The notes beneath the pieces are model-generated. The model searched no databases. It saw only the letters and a program-made list of their open reading frames with translations, and was not told the origin of the DNA. A stretch of 64,000 bases of DNA from Escherichia phage N2. The position numbers and the translations under genes were made by a program. Each line of letters opens with the position of its first letter. The stretch's first letter is position 1. Positions 9,045-18,916 of the stretch are shown here, piece after piece. The DNA lies in sequence record ON645936.1; one strand, 5' to 3'.

Positions 9045-10364
9045 TCATACATAAAACACATCATAACGACCACGTGTTACACCAACATAAAGAAGCTGCT
9101 GAGCTAGTTCAGCATCTGCATAATGAATACAAGGCGTATAGATAAAAGCACGGTCTACAGACATGCCCTGAGCTTTGTGGAATGTTGATGCAGGAAGTGC
9201 TTTCACTTTACTAAACTGTGATTTAGCATCCCAAAAATCACTCCATGGAGCTTTTCCACCTTTATTCCAATTTTTATAAGTTTCTGCAGTTTTACCTAAA
9301 AATAAGTTAAACTTATACAGCTCTTCATCAGATGAAATTATTTTAATCTTTTCACGATAATATTCATCATCGCCGTAAGTTTCTACTGTTAAATCCCAAT
9401 GACGAATTAGATATTCTCCAGAAACACCACGAGCTTTAACAAATGTTGATGTATACTCTGCTTCTATAATACGAACTAATTGTCCGTTATTAAAAATAAT
9501 TTCTGACACAGGCTTTCCATCAATTTTATATGTTTTAATTAGTGGTTCCTGCATTACAATAATTTCACCGACAATAAAATCTTTATCAGTTTCAAAAATC
9601 TTTTTACGAATAATGCTATTTAACTTATCAACAGATTTATTCGTAAATGCCATTACGCGATTTTCAAACAAATCATCTAGTGATTTAACGATTGAAAAAT
9701 AATTTACCATAAAATCGCGTAAAGCGGTATCACCGGTAAATCCACGTACTCCATGCCCGTCAACAACTTTATCATAAATCCACTTACCGTTACGAACATC
9801 AGTAGCTACATCAATAATAGGAGCATTACTGCGTTTAACTTCAGTGAGTTCACACTGATAAAAGTCTTTGTGCGTAAAGAATGGACTGATATAAGCAGTA
9901 TTTTCTCCTGGGTCAACAGGTCTAATTTGCTTATTATCGCCTATTCCAATTATAGTACACCACGGCGGAATAGTTGAAAGCAGAATTTTAAACAGCTTTC
10001 TATCATACATTGACACTTCGTCGCAGATTAATACTCTGCATTTAGCCAAATCCGGTACTTCTTTTTGTTCAAAAAGAACGTTTTCTTCGTATGTTACTGG
10101 GTTAATTTTAAGAATACTGTGAATAGTACTCGCTTCTTTCCCTGACAGTTTTGAAAGAATCTTTTTAGCTGCATGTGTAGGAGCTGCTAAAATAATTCCA
10201 GTTTCGCCTGTAGATATTAAAGCTTCAATGATGAACTTAGTAAGAGTAGTCTTACCGGTACCAGCAGGTCCATTAATAGTTACATGATGTTTCTTTTCTT
10301 TAATAGCCCTCATAACAATGTTAAAGGCATTTTTCTGGCCTTCGGTCAAATCATCAAATGTCAT
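9045..10364 (-). CDS. dda: SF1 DNA helicase Dda
   Basis: 439 aa; Walker A GPAGTGKTT; ATG start. Confidence 0.9.
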   Translation of the reverse strand: MTFDDLTEGQKNAFNIVMRAIKEKKHHVTINGPAGTGKTTLTKFIIEALISTGETGIILAAPTHAAKKILSKLSGKEASTIHSILKINPVTYEENVLFEQKEVPDLAKCRVLICDEVSMYDRKLFKILLSTIPPWCTIIGIGDNKQIRPVDPGENTAYISPFFTHKDFYQCELTEVKRSNAPIIDVATDVRNGKWIYDKVVDGHGVRGFTGDTALRDFMVNYFSIVKSLDDLFENRVMAFTNKSVDKLNSIIRKKIFETDKDFIVGEIIVMQEPLIKTYKIDGKPVSEIIFNNGQLVRIIEAEYTSTFVKARGVSGEYLIRHWDLTVETYGDDEYYREKIKIISSDEELYKFNLFLGKTAETYKNWNKGGKAPWSDFWDAKSQFSKVKALPASTFHKAQGMSVDRAFIYTPCIHYADAELAQQLLYVGVTRGRYDVFYV

Positions 10365-10672
10365 CGTAAATTCCCTGCAATTGGTATACTAACAATACGC
10401 CCAGTATCTAAAATTCGCCGATATAATCTTTGTGTGTCTACATCAGGCTTAACATGTTTAACTTCTATTTTATTAAACCAAAACTTGCGTGGAGTCTCAA
10501 CTAATCTAGGAATTCCCATACCTAAAGCTAGTCGATACTGCTCTTTAAGAGTTGTAAAAACTTTATCAGCAATCTCCCTTTCAAAAAATACAGCAGGACG
10601 ATGTTCATCAAGAGGAACAGGCACCGCAAATCCATCTTTATCTCTATACACTATCGCATATACATAAAACAT
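10361..10672 (-). CDS. hypothetical protein
   Basis: 103-aa ORF, ATGA-coupled to dda. Confidence 0.45.
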   Translation of the reverse strand: MFYVYAIVYRDKDGFAVPVPLDEHRPAVFFEREIADKVFTTLKEQYRLALGMGIPRLVETPRKFWFNKIEVKHVKPDVDTQRLYRRILDTGRIVSIPIAGNLR

Positions 10673-10673
10673 A

Positions 10674-11420
10674 TTATCCTCGGATAAGTTTAAAAATTGA
10701 ACAATTTAGCGGGTATCCTCTTTTCAGTTTAAGTTTATCAATAAAAGACAAATTTTGATACCGCTCTACACCTTGAATAATTTTATCACACATATCATAT
10801 TGCATTTCTGCTTCTGACAACTTTTTCACGGTTTTCCAATCCGAGCCTTTAAGAAGAACGTTCAGTTTAACAACTTCAGCGCCTTCTGCTATACGAGAAC
10901 CATCAATACGAGCTTTGAGTGCTACAATCGTTAGCTTAACGTCAGAGGTTTGTTTTGATTTAGAAAGCTGAGAAATGTGCTCAATTCGGTTTTCACGTTT
11001 TTTCTGTATAGCTTTAATTTGATTATAAGTCTTTTTGATTTTAGCCCATTTCTTTTCATCTAAATTTAGTTTATGAACTTTTTTCGCAGATGAACGACCA
11101 ATTCGCAAAGCAAATAAATCACGCTTTTCAATCAACTCTTCTAAAGTATAATCAGAACGAAATGTATTATACTTTTTCTTTACTGCAATAACATTCCCTT
11201 TAATGTATCCAACGTTATTATCAAAACGTTCTAATGATAATTTCTCTCCTTCAATACGATTATCAAAAGGTTCTCCCGAGTAAGCGCAAACTTTCTGATC
11301 TAAAATGTTCTTAATGTAATTGAAGTCTAAGTTAAAATCTTTAGAACGTCTTTTAGCAGATGCCTGAGTATGCTCTAGACGACGTTTAATTTTACGAATT
11401 TGATTATTAGTCAGTTTCAT
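10674..11420 (-). CDS. srd: Srd-like basic protein
   Basis: 248 aa, lysine-rich, between dda and modA as in T4. Confidence 0.5.
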   Translation of the reverse strand: MKLTNNQIRKIKRRLEHTQASAKRRSKDFNLDFNYIKNILDQKVCAYSGEPFDNRIEGEKLSLERFDNNVGYIKGNVIAVKKKYNTFRSDYTLEELIEKRDLFALRIGRSSAKKVHKLNLDEKKWAKIKKTYNQIKAIQKKRENRIEHISQLSKSKQTSDVKLTIVALKARIDGSRIAEGAEVVKLNVLLKGSDWKTVKKLSEAEMQYDMCDKIIQGVERYQNLSFIDKLKLKRGYPLNCSIFKLIRG

Positions 11421-11450
11421 ATTTTTCTCACGGACGGGTTAACTACTTAT

Positions 11451-11480
11451 ACTATAACATTTTTACTTTAATTTGTAAAC
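11451..11480 (-). promoter_or_regulatory. sigma70-type early promoter upstream of srd-like gene
   Basis: minus strand GTTTACA-N17-TGtTATAGT. Confidence 0.5.
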
Positions 11481-11536
11481 AACTTTATGAAAAATGCTTT
11501 AAAACTTTCATGGTATAATGAATCTAAGTCCTTCCA

Positions 11537-12139
11537 TTATAGATTAAATCCTTCAAAGTCAAGAGTATAGATAGTGTATGTTGAATACTTTTTATACTCG
11601 TATCTATCCGCAATTCTAAATACACTTCCAGCTGGTATCATTACTTCTTGTTCATCTGAAACTAATTCCATATTACGATAGCGATGACTATCCGGAAACT
11701 TAAAACTTGGACTGTATTCTTTACAGCGTAGAGCTTTTATAGCATACTCCTGGAAATTAAATACCATAGGAGCTTTGAATTCAAAAATAACTTGTGTATT
11801 GTATTCTAATCCAGAAGCAAAATGTAGAGCTATATTTTTATCATATGAAGCTGATACTACTTTATCAAATGTAATAATATCAATTCCTTGATTTAATACC
11901 TGCTTAGTCTCAACTGGAACACCTCTCCAAAGAGGTTTATCGTTTGGAACCAAACGAGATTTGATTATTTCATTTAACCAAGAATGATCGTCTGGCTTAT
12001 TAGTAATACAATGAATTAAAAGTTCAATTTCAGATAAATTAAATCCTTCAGAAAGTAATTCTTCACGAATAGAAGCGCGCACCGATGCATCCATTGATTT
12101 GATTTTAAAATCTTTTAATTGCATTGCTGAATATTTCAT
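11537..12139 (-). CDS. modA: ADP-ribosyltransferase ModA
   Basis: 200 aa; size and position; tandem with paralog. Confidence 0.7.
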   Translation of the reverse strand: MKYSAMQLKDFKIKSMDASVRASIREELLSEGFNLSEIELLIHCITNKPDDHSWLNEIIKSRLVPNDKPLWRGVPVETKQVLNQGIDIITFDKVVSASYDKNIALHFASGLEYNTQVIFEFKAPMVFNFQEYAIKALRCKEYSPSFKFPDSHRYRNMELVSDEQEVMIPAGSVFRIADRYEYKKYSTYTIYTLDFEGFNL

Positions 12140-12759
12140 TCAACTACCTCAATATCATACACTTTAAATGTTCCAAATGAATCGTGTAATTTTTCTTTTG
12201 AAATAGAAGTTATTTTATACTTTCCAATTGGAATCATCCATTCTTGTTCACGCACAATCATCATTAAGTTATCAGTACGTTCTGAATCTAATCCATCAGT
12301 ATCTTCATATGTATACTTAAACTCAGTATTAGGAGAAGAAAGTATAATATCGCTGATATGGTCAGAATAATTAAAAGCTTTATCAGTTTTTAAGCGAAAT
12401 ATTATTTCAGTGAAATACTCAACATAAGAAAAACCACATGCTGTGTGCAAACTAGTAGTAAATGAATCTACTCTATTCGTTGAAAACACTTCTCCAACTT
12501 GTAAATCTTTAATGAGCTCTTTTGTCGATTTTGATATACCACGATATAGCTGATAAGGTGATTCAGTTAAATGCTTTTTAATGATTTTATTTAACTGCCG
12601 ATGAAGAGCTTCATTCTTTTTGGCTTCCATACATTGCCAAAGAACTGACTGCTCAAAGTCAGTAAATTTTTCACAGACTTTTTTATACATATCATATTGA
12701 AAATCAACACTTTCAGCTTTTATAGATAACTGTTCAACATCTGCAAGATTAATAATCAT
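12136..12759 (-). CDS. modB: ADP-ribosyltransferase ModB
   Basis: 207 aa from ATG at 12759 with GGAGG SD; upstream promoter. Confidence 0.7.
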   Translation of the reverse strand: MIINLADVEQLSIKAESVDFQYDMYKKVCEKFTDFEQSVLWQCMEAKKNEALHRQLNKIIKKHLTESPYQLYRGISKSTKELIKDLQVGEVFSTNRVDSFTTSLHTACGFSYVEYFTEIIFRLKTDKAFNYSDHISDIILSSPNTEFKYTYEDTDGLDSERTDNLMMIVREQEWMIPIGKYKITSISKEKLHDSFGTFKVYDIEVVE

Positions 12760-12785
12760 GATAGCCTCCATATACTTCAGAAGCT

Positions 12786-12815
12786 ATCATATCATTGTTA
12801 GGAAGGAAAGTAAAC
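12786..12815 (-). promoter_or_regulatory. sigma70-type early promoter upstream of modB
   Basis: minus strand GTTTACT-N17-TGaTATGAT. Confidence 0.5.
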
Positions 12816-12826
12816 AACTTTTTGAA

Positions 12827-13009
12827 TTATTTTGCCCAGGGAGCCCAGGGCGGAGGGTCAAGATGGTATGAAGCTAGTTCTTCTAGAAGAGCATCTGGGG
12901 CTTCAATTCCATAATTCTGTAATACTATACGGTATTCTTTCTTATAATCACTAGAATCATTCTGGATATTCGTAGAATGATTATCTTCTAACATCTCAAA
13001 TAAATCCAT
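12827..13009 (-). CDS. hypothetical protein
   Basis: 60-aa ORF. Confidence 0.4.
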   Translation of the reverse strand: MDLFEMLEDNHSTNIQNDSSDYKKEYRIVLQNYGIEAPDALLEELASYHLDPPPWAPWAK

Positions 13010-13017
13010 ATTAATTC

Positions 13018-13488
13018 CTAGCGATAAAAACCAAAATAACGATTAGTTTCAATAATCTTTCTTTCTTCTTCGGACATTCTCCAGCGTAGTCCAACATCAA
13101 AATGAGCCCAGACCATCTTAACGAATGCATTTATATCTTTAATATCTTCAATAATGAATGTTTTACTTTTAGAAGGTTGACTCGCTAATTTAACTTTATC
13201 ATCTTCAAACAGGTCAAAAAGACCATATTCATGAGCTCTTTTATAGCCTTTAATAGTTAAAGCTTCAGAAGAAGAAAACGGTGAATCAGTGTTCTGCAAA
13301 ATATCTTCAGTATGCTTTATAATTAGAATGACATTTTCTGGATATTTTCTTTCTTTTATATCTTTAATTAAAAGATCCGGATTTTCTGCTAAAGGAATAA
13401 TTAATGAGCACTCTTTATCAAGTGTATTTACCGATTTACCTTCTTTAGACATAAATTCTATTGAATAATGTTTTGCTACTTCAATCAT
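13018..13488 (-). CDS. hypothetical protein
   Basis: 156-aa ORF. Confidence 0.5.
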   Translation of the reverse strand: MIEVAKHYSIEFMSKEGKSVNTLDKECSLIIPLAENPDLLIKDIKERKYPENVILIIKHTEDILQNTDSPFSSSEALTIKGYKRAHEYGLFDLFEDDKVKLASQPSKSKTFIIEDIKDINAFVKMVWAHFDVGLRWRMSEEERKIIETNRYFGFYR

Positions 13489-13633
13489 GTGATTTCCTCT
13501 TGCCTACTAATGGGCCGTCAGGAATTTTGTTTTCCTGGATATATTTCTCATTTTCTTCCATCATTTTACTGCCAATTTTAAGAAGCAAATCCAATGCTTC
13601 ATTTGCTTTAGCCTTGGCCTCTTCTAGCGTCAT
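13481..13633 (-). CDS. small ORF (50 aa, not in track)
   Basis: hand-translated [17 protein letters not shown]...; stop overlaps next start. Confidence 0.35.
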   Translation of the reverse strand: MTLEEAKAKANEALDLLLKIGSKMMEENEKYIQENKIPDGPLVGKRKSHD

Positions 13634-13641
13634 ATCTCTGT

Positions 13642-13845
13642 TCACGATTTATCCCCATAGATGTCTCTCATCAATTTAAGCGCTGAGCGTTCTAATTTCT
13701 TTTCTTTCTCGGCACTAATCATTGATTTCATCCATTCTTCTGATTCGTTCTGCATTTCTTTATTTGCTTGTTCAACCCAACCATCATCAATATACATTGA
13801 GTTTGGTCTATTGAACCATTCAAACATTTTCTTCAGAACTTTCAT
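13642..13845 (-). CDS. hypothetical protein
   Basis: 67-aa ORF. Confidence 0.45.
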   Translation of the reverse strand: MKVLKKMFEWFNRPNSMYIDDGWVEQANKEMQNESEEWMKSMISAEKEKKLERSALKLMRDIYGDKS

Positions 13846-14317
13846 TTATTTTACCTAAAACAACAGTAGGAGCATCGTCAAATTTATGAATTTTTAGCAA
13901 ATTTGGATTTAAATTATTCCATAAAGAGGTAATAAAATATGATAGCGCATTTTCTTCCGTAATTATAAATTTATTTCCCTTATCTATTTTCCAGTCATAT
14001 ATTGAATCATATGAATATAATGGCAGCGGTTTATTGTTATAATATGCTTCAGCAACATCAATATAGTTAGATTTAGTAAATGCTTCAATTGCTCTAAATG
14101 GAATATTTGGTACAGTTTCAATGATACCAATCTTTTTAAGCTTTATTTCAGCATCTTCTGGAACTGGCATTGAAACGAAATTTTCTACGAGATACATTGG
14201 GTCACAATAACCCTTATCAATCATTATTGCTACTGTAATTGGAACATCTTTAGCAAACGACATGCTATCACTGCTAATATACATTTCAAACAAAATCGCT
14301 TCCATAATTTTCCTCAA
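13820..14317 (-). CDS. hypothetical protein
   Basis: 165-aa ORF. Confidence 0.5.
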   Translation of the reverse strand: MRKIMEAILFEMYISSDSMSFAKDVPITVAIMIDKGYCDPMYLVENFVSMPVPEDAEIKLKKIGIIETVPNIPFRAIEAFTKSNYIDVAEAYYNNKPLPLYSYDSIYDWKIDKGNKFIITEENALSYFITSLWNNLNPNLLKIHKFDDAPTVVLGKINESSEENV

Positions 14318-14655
14318 TCACAAGATGTAGATGAACAACTAGAATCACAAGAACTTCCACACGAATCGCCCGTCCATACATGAACAGGAACATTAGTGTC
14401 ATATGAATCAGAACTAGACTGTGTATTCTGCGTATTAGATGATGTAGTAGGTGTTGACCAACGCCAAGGATTTTTATAATATTCTTGGGCTTCTTCATAA
14501 GTCATAGTAACTGCTTCTACTGTTCCATCTCCCATATAAACATATTCAACTACAGTTAAAGGAAGATTGTCATTTGAAATAGGAACTACACCTTCTCCGG
14601 GAGTTGTAGAGAAAAAATCCGTAAAGAAACTTTTAAACCAATTAAAGATAAACAT
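14314..14655 (-). CDS. hypothetical protein with Cys/Ser-rich C-terminal tail
   Basis: 113 aa ending [18 protein letters not shown]. Confidence 0.5.
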   Translation of the reverse strand: MFIFNWFKSFFTDFFSTTPGEGVVPISNDNLPLTVVEYVYMGDGTVEAVTMTYEEAQEYYKNPWRWSTPTTSSNTQNTQSSSDSYDTNVPVHVWTGDSCGSSCDSSCSSTSCD

Positions 14656-14867
14656 TACAAAAAGCCTCTTTGAAATTCGACTCTTTGAAATCCACCCCAG
14701 TCAGTGTATCGCATTTCAGCATTGAACTCGACTGAACCATCTGCATGCATCATGAATGAATGCGTGACGATATCACAATCCCAGCTTTTCATACCCCATT
14801 TATCAGAGATAGCTTTATCAAGAACCTTCTGGAGGTCTTCATTTGGTTTAATCCAGCGATTTAACAT
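14655..14867 (-). CDS. hypothetical protein
   Basis: 70-aa ORF downstream of promoter 14894..14923. Confidence 0.45.
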   Translation of the reverse strand: MLNRWIKPNEDLQKVLDKAISDKWGMKSWDCDIVTHSFMMHADGSVEFNAEMRYTDWGGFQRVEFQRGFL

Positions 14868-14893
14868 AGTGCTCTCCTCTATAAGATAATTCT

Positions 14894-14923
14894 ATTATAC
14901 CATACTCATTTTGGAAAGTAAAC
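14894..14923 (-). promoter_or_regulatory. sigma70-type early promoter
   Basis: minus strand GTTTACT-N17-TGgTATAAT directly after soc terminator. Confidence 0.55.
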
Positions 14924-14928
14924 CGGTA

Positions 14929-14957
14929 AAATGAAAAAAGGACTCCTTCGGGAGTCC
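14929..14957 (-). terminator. intrinsic terminator after soc
   Basis: GGACUCC-CGAA-GGAGUCC then UUUUUUCAUUUU on minus RNA. Confidence 0.65.
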
Positions 14958-14966
14958 TTGAATTTA

Positions 14967-15212
14967 TTAACCACCAGTTACTTTCCACAAATCTTCGTTT
15001 GCGGCAATCCATTCAGTACGTTGATTTTCTTCATATACTGTAGAATATGCTGCTTTTTCTGAAGGGAATGTCTGGTAATGAGCGCCAGAAATTTTGTGAA
15101 CGTCAGAATAAAGAGGGAAAGCTACAGAAATTTCCTTTCCTTCAATTTTCTTATTTCCATCTAATTTCTGCTCAAACGTTTTGATATTAACATAACCGCG
15201 AGTACTAGCCAT
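14967..15212 (-). CDS. soc: small outer capsid protein Soc
   Basis: 81 aa starting MASTRGYVNIKTFEQ; late promoter upstream, terminator downstream. Confidence 0.85.
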   Translation of the reverse strand: MASTRGYVNIKTFEQKLDGNKKIEGKEISVAFPLYSDVHKISGAHYQTFPSEKAAYSTVYEENQRTEWIAANEDLWKVTGG

Positions 15213-15242
15213 GTAATTCTCCTTTTATTTAAATTACATGAT

Positions 15243-15250
15243 TATTTATA
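15243..15250 (-). promoter_or_regulatory. late promoter upstream of soc
   Basis: exact TATAAATA on minus strand about 30 nt before soc ATG. Confidence 0.6.
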
Positions 15251-15920
15251 CATCTTCTTTTCTGAATAAGTAAATTAAATTCTTAAGAGCTGAACTTGTT
15301 ACATCATATTTTCCTTTAAGCGCCTTTACAACCGGGCCTGTTGCTGGTTTACCTAAAGAAACCCATAACTCGTGTATTTCGCTTTTAAGTGGTTCATGCC
15401 AATGCGGTGCTTTTCTTTGCGCCCTTGAAGTTCCTTCTGAAATCTTTTTATTTCCGCCATTTGAATAAAACTTTTTCATTACTTCAGATTGCCGAGCTTT
15501 TCGTTCTGCTCTATTTTGGGCTATACGTTGTGAATTCTTCATCCGAGTTTTTGTTTCAGGGTTGTTTAATCTAAGTTTATGTTCTAATCGTTGTTGCTCA
15601 GTCCATTTTCTTCCTTCTCCACCCTGACCACCAGGAGAAATATTAATGCAAGTATCTGGGTGTTTACGTTTTAATGCAGATATTAGCTCGCGTTCAACTT
15701 CATATGATTTTTCTCTAGAACCATGGCATTTTGACCAACGTATTTTATAATTAAAACCATACTTACGATATATGTTCCATAGTATTTTGCCTGAACCCGG
15801 ATATTTATCATCATATGGATTTACAATAAATGATTCATGCTTCCCAGCGTACCAAAAGACGCCTTTCGGCGTCCTAACTTTTACTATATATGTTCTATAA
15901 AATTTTTGTTTAATACCCAT
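15246..15920 (-). CDS. segF: GIY-YIG homing endonuclease (SegF-like)
   Basis: 224 aa from ATG at 15920; YIVKV...FWYAGKH motif; between 56 and soc. Confidence 0.6.
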   Translation of the reverse strand: MGIKQKFYRTYIVKVRTPKGVFWYAGKHESFIVNPYDDKYPGSGKILWNIYRKYGFNYKIRWSKCHGSREKSYEVERELISALKRKHPDTCINISPGGQGGEGRKWTEQQRLEHKLRLNNPETKTRMKNSQRIAQNRAERKARQSEVMKKFYSNGGNKKISEGTSRAQRKAPHWHEPLKSEIHELWVSLGKPATGPVVKALKGKYDVTSSALKNLIYLFRKEDV

Positions 15921-16425
15921 TATCTTGACGTTCAAAATTATGTTTATTTTTCAAATAATAAAGTTTAAAAATTTCTTCCGCATTCATTCCAAGGCCAGCA
16001 AACATATTTAATACGAAATGAAATATATCCACAAGCTCAAATTTAATTTCGAGCTGATCTTCTGGGGACATTTCATCAATGCGTTTTTCTTGCGCTTCAA
16101 TATAACGTGCTTTCCATTTTTTCCAAACTGCCGATGCATCTTTTTCACCACGTGACATTTCACCAAGAGAAGTCAGAAGTTCGCGGAATTCATCATCAAT
16201 ACAGTCTTTTTGTTCACGCATCCAAGAAACAACATCACCGGCAGTTTCTAATTTATCTGGATGATAGCAGTATTCGCGGTCATTTGCTAAACGAACCTGC
16301 AAAGATTTCTGCATATCAAGCATAACCTGCAGCGGGTCTTTTTCATCACCGAGAATATCCCAGTATTCATTTTGAGCTTTATCAGCGCCTTCGATCAGAT
16401 GACTACATTCGTTGAAATGTGGCAT
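15910..16425 (-). CDS. 56: dCTP/dUTP pyrophosphatase
   Basis: 171-aa ORF, size and position of T4 gp56. Confidence 0.8.
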   Translation of the reverse strand: MPHFNECSHLIEGADKAQNEYWDILGDEKDPLQVMLDMQKSLQVRLANDREYCYHPDKLETAGDVVSWMREQKDCIDDEFRELLTSLGEMSRGEKDASAVWKKWKARYIEAQEKRIDEMSPEDQLEIKFELVDIFHFVLNMFAGLGMNAEEIFKLYYLKNKHNFERQDNGY

Positions 16426-16498
16426 GTTATTTTTCCTTTCAATTCATGGGTTAGTAGATTAATTATACAATAAATATATAAAGCAATAAGGAGGACAT

Positions 16499-16699
16499 AT
16501 GGTACAAAAATTAATGGCACTTGTTAATGCCATCAAAGGTAATAAAAAACGTATAGCTTTTACTATTTCTGCTATGATAGGAATTTTACTTTGGAATTTT
16601 GTTTTATCGCCAGTTGCTCTCGCTCATGGCGTTAGTATTCCAGTAATTACTCTTGATACATTCGTAGATTTAGCATTTGCTTTAGTTGGGTTAATTTAA
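16499..16699 (+). CDS. small hydrophobic membrane protein (plus strand)
   Basis: 66 aa, AAGGAGG SD 6 nt before ATG; convergent with primase. Confidence 0.4.
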   Translation: MVQKLMALVNAIKGNKKRIAFTISAMIGILLWNFVLSPVALAHGVSIPVITLDTFVDLAFALVGLI

Positions 16700-17724
16700 A
16701 TCTTAGCATATTTAGATAGACGCATTTTAGCCATCAACCCTTGAGCAATATTATTTTTCATATATTCCATAATTTGTTCAGGGGTTGCACCTTCCTTTCT
16801 AATCATATCATTAACATCTTTTGATTTCCAGGGAGATTTGTCCCAAAACATAACCCTTTCTCCTGCATCAACTAATTTAGTCATTCGTTTAATAGTATCA
16901 GGGTGACGAGGTTCATTATCTAAAACCCATACACGTCTATCTTTAAATGGAACAATTTCTAGGTCTAATTGACCACCCGTAATAGCTATACCATTTTCAA
17001 TAAAAAGTGAATCTATAGGTCCTTCTAGAACATATACATCACCATCTTTGACTCGTTCGACTCCATAGATTTTTGTTGCCTCGGGATAAGCTTTGATGGT
17101 GATATATTTTTGAGGAGCATCTTTCTTTAATGCACGTCCTTGAAAAGACTCAGCTTTTCCATTAGCATTATAAATTGGAATAACAAGACGAGGCTCAGGT
17201 ATTTCCTTTTTATATGTTCCTGGTGCTATACTATTAACTAATTTAGGCCATTCGGTTGTAAACCAAAGATATTTCCATTTATCCTTTGGAATACAACGAG
17301 CTTTTACGTATTTTATAATTGGATGGTCTTCCGCCAGTTTATCTAATCTAATGCATGACGGAAGAGATTTAATTATTTTCGTCTCAGGTTGTTTAGGAAG
17401 TTCTTTAGGTTTTTCTACTGGACGACTTTTACCTTTTTCTTTTCTTATTTCAAAGATATACTCACGATATAAATCAGGTTCAAACTCCTTTAAATATATT
17501 CCGATTGGTGCATGATAGTTACAGTTATAACAATGAATATTTCCTTCATTATTATCACCATAATACCATCCACGAGCTTTATTTTGGTCGGTTTTTGAAT
17601 CTCCACAAACAGGGCATCTAAACCGTAATTTAAAAGTTGAACTATTATTTACTTGTGTGAATTTAGGTAAATGAGCTAGCGCACGATATGCAAACTCATT
17701 ATCAATCCAAGGTATTGATGACAT
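16696..17724 (-). CDS. 61: DNA primase
   Basis: 342 aa; zinc finger CPVCGDS...CYNC. Confidence 0.9.
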   Translation of the reverse strand: MSSIPWIDNEFAYRALAHLPKFTQVNNSSTFKLRFRCPVCGDSKTDQNKARGWYYGDNNEGNIHCYNCNYHAPIGIYLKEFEPDLYREYIFEIRKEKGKSRPVEKPKELPKQPETKIIKSLPSCIRLDKLAEDHPIIKYVKARCIPKDKWKYLWFTTEWPKLVNSIAPGTYKKEIPEPRLVIPIYNANGKAESFQGRALKKDAPQKYITIKAYPEATKIYGVERVKDGDVYVLEGPIDSLFIENGIAITGGQLDLEIVPFKDRRVWVLDNEPRHPDTIKRMTKLVDAGERVMFWDKSPWKSKDVNDMIRKEGATPEQIMEYMKNNIAQGLMAKMRLSKYAKI

Positions 17725-17726
17725 TT

Positions 17727-17891
17727 TTACTCTTCTTTTTCTTTAGATTCCTCTTTTTTCTTTTTAGGAATCTGTTCAGGACCTTTATTTACTACAGCGC
17801 CTGATGTTGTTCCAGTAGAGATATTTTCAGGACTACCACCTGAATCTCCAGCGACCATATCTTCTTTGATAAATTCTTTATATGTTTTCAT
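17727..17891 (-). CDS. small acidic ORF (54 aa, not in track)
   Basis: hand-translated MKTYKEFIKEDMVAGDSGG... Confidence 0.35.
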   Translation of the reverse strand: MKTYKEFIKEDMVAGDSGGSPENISTGTTSGAVVNKGPEQIPKKKKEESKEKEE

Positions 17892-17892
17892 A

Positions 17893-18249
17893 TTAACCTC
17901 TATTCATAAAAGCATTAAAAATTTGGTCATCAATAGATGGTGCAGTAATATTTTCTGCATCATTTAGCAAATCATTAATTTCATCAGATAGCATAACACA
18001 TGTACCTTTATTTCCTGTAATTGTTACTGCGCAATTACGAACGTTTTCTTTATTAAATTTTAGGTTAATATTTTCGTAATGAAAATCCTTTAATGCTGAA
18101 TATATTTTTAAAATGAAATTGTCTTTTACTACAATAAACCCAACCTCACTATTAAAACGCGGTTCATGGAAACTGTAATAAACCTTTTCATCTATAAAAT
18201 CGTATGAAATTTTTTCCATTTTTAAATATGAAAATTCAGAACTATACAT
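17893..18249 (-). CDS. hypothetical protein
   Basis: 118-aa ORF. Confidence 0.5.
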   Translation of the reverse strand: MYSSEFSYLKMEKISYDFIDEKVYYSFHEPRFNSEVGFIVVKDNFILKIYSALKDFHYENINLKFNKENVRNCAVTITGNKGTCVMLSDEINDLLNDAENITAPSIDDQIFNAFMNRG

Positions 18250-18261
18250 ATTAACCTCTAA

Positions 18262-18555
18262 TTACTCACCTACCACTTCAGCGATGATATTTTTATTATT
18301 AAAGTTTTTATCGCAATATAGAACATAATTATACTGCATTACACCACCAGACTTAAGCTGTTTTTGCACTTCAGCTTTCATTTCAGGACGATCACGTTCA
18401 ACGATATTCATAATATCCGCTTCAATTTGAGTTTCAACCTCAGTCTGATCCGCAGTCATAGACCATTCGCACAAATCTTTATCATAACCTGCCATAGCAG
18501 GCTGAGCAGCACAAGAAGCTAAAGCAAAAATTGTAGCAAAGATAAATTTTTTCAT
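18262..18555 (-). CDS. sp: periplasmic spackle-like protein
   Basis: 97 aa from internal ATG (MKKFIFATIFALASCAAQPAMA signal peptide); promoter 18585..18614 lies inside the longer track ORF. Confidence 0.65.
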   Translation of the reverse strand: MKKFIFATIFALASCAAQPAMAGYDKDLCEWSMTADQTEVETQIEADIMNIVERDRPEMKAEVQKQLKSGGVMQYNYVLYCDKNFNNKNIIAEVVGE

Positions 18556-18584
18556 GATTAATCTCCTCAGTAGTTTATGTTTAT

Positions 18585-18614
18585 ATAGTATCTCAATTTC
18601 CAATAAAAGTAAAC
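18585..18614 (-). promoter_or_regulatory. sigma70-type early promoter upstream of sp
   Basis: minus strand GTTTACT-N17-TACTAT. Confidence 0.5.
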
Positions 18615-18616
18615 AG

Positions 18617-18916
18617 TTATTTTAAAACTTTTGCGTAATCACATGTTACAAACTGTTTCTCTAGCTTAACGATCTTACGAAAATACCTTTTACACTGACG
18701 AATCTGCCGCTTCGTAGGGCGAACAGCAAACTTAATAAATTCCACTCGACCAAATGGAGGACTTTCTTCTGCTGGAATATCTAACACCAATTCCCACGTA
18801 TCGGCAATAAGTGCTTTGAATTGCGTATTTTTCCTGACGTTATACGGAGTAGGTTTAAATAAAACAATATGCATATTATCCTCGGCAATCCACTTCACAT
18901 ACTTTCTTGTCATCAA
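18617..18916 (-). CDS. hypothetical protein
   Basis: 99-aa ORF between primase and helicase genes. Confidence 0.45.
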   Translation of the reverse strand: MMTRKYVKWIAEDNMHIVLFKPTPYNVRKNTQFKALIADTWELVLDIPAEESPPFGRVEFIKFAVRPTKRQIRQCKRYFRKIVKLEKQFVTCDYAKVLK

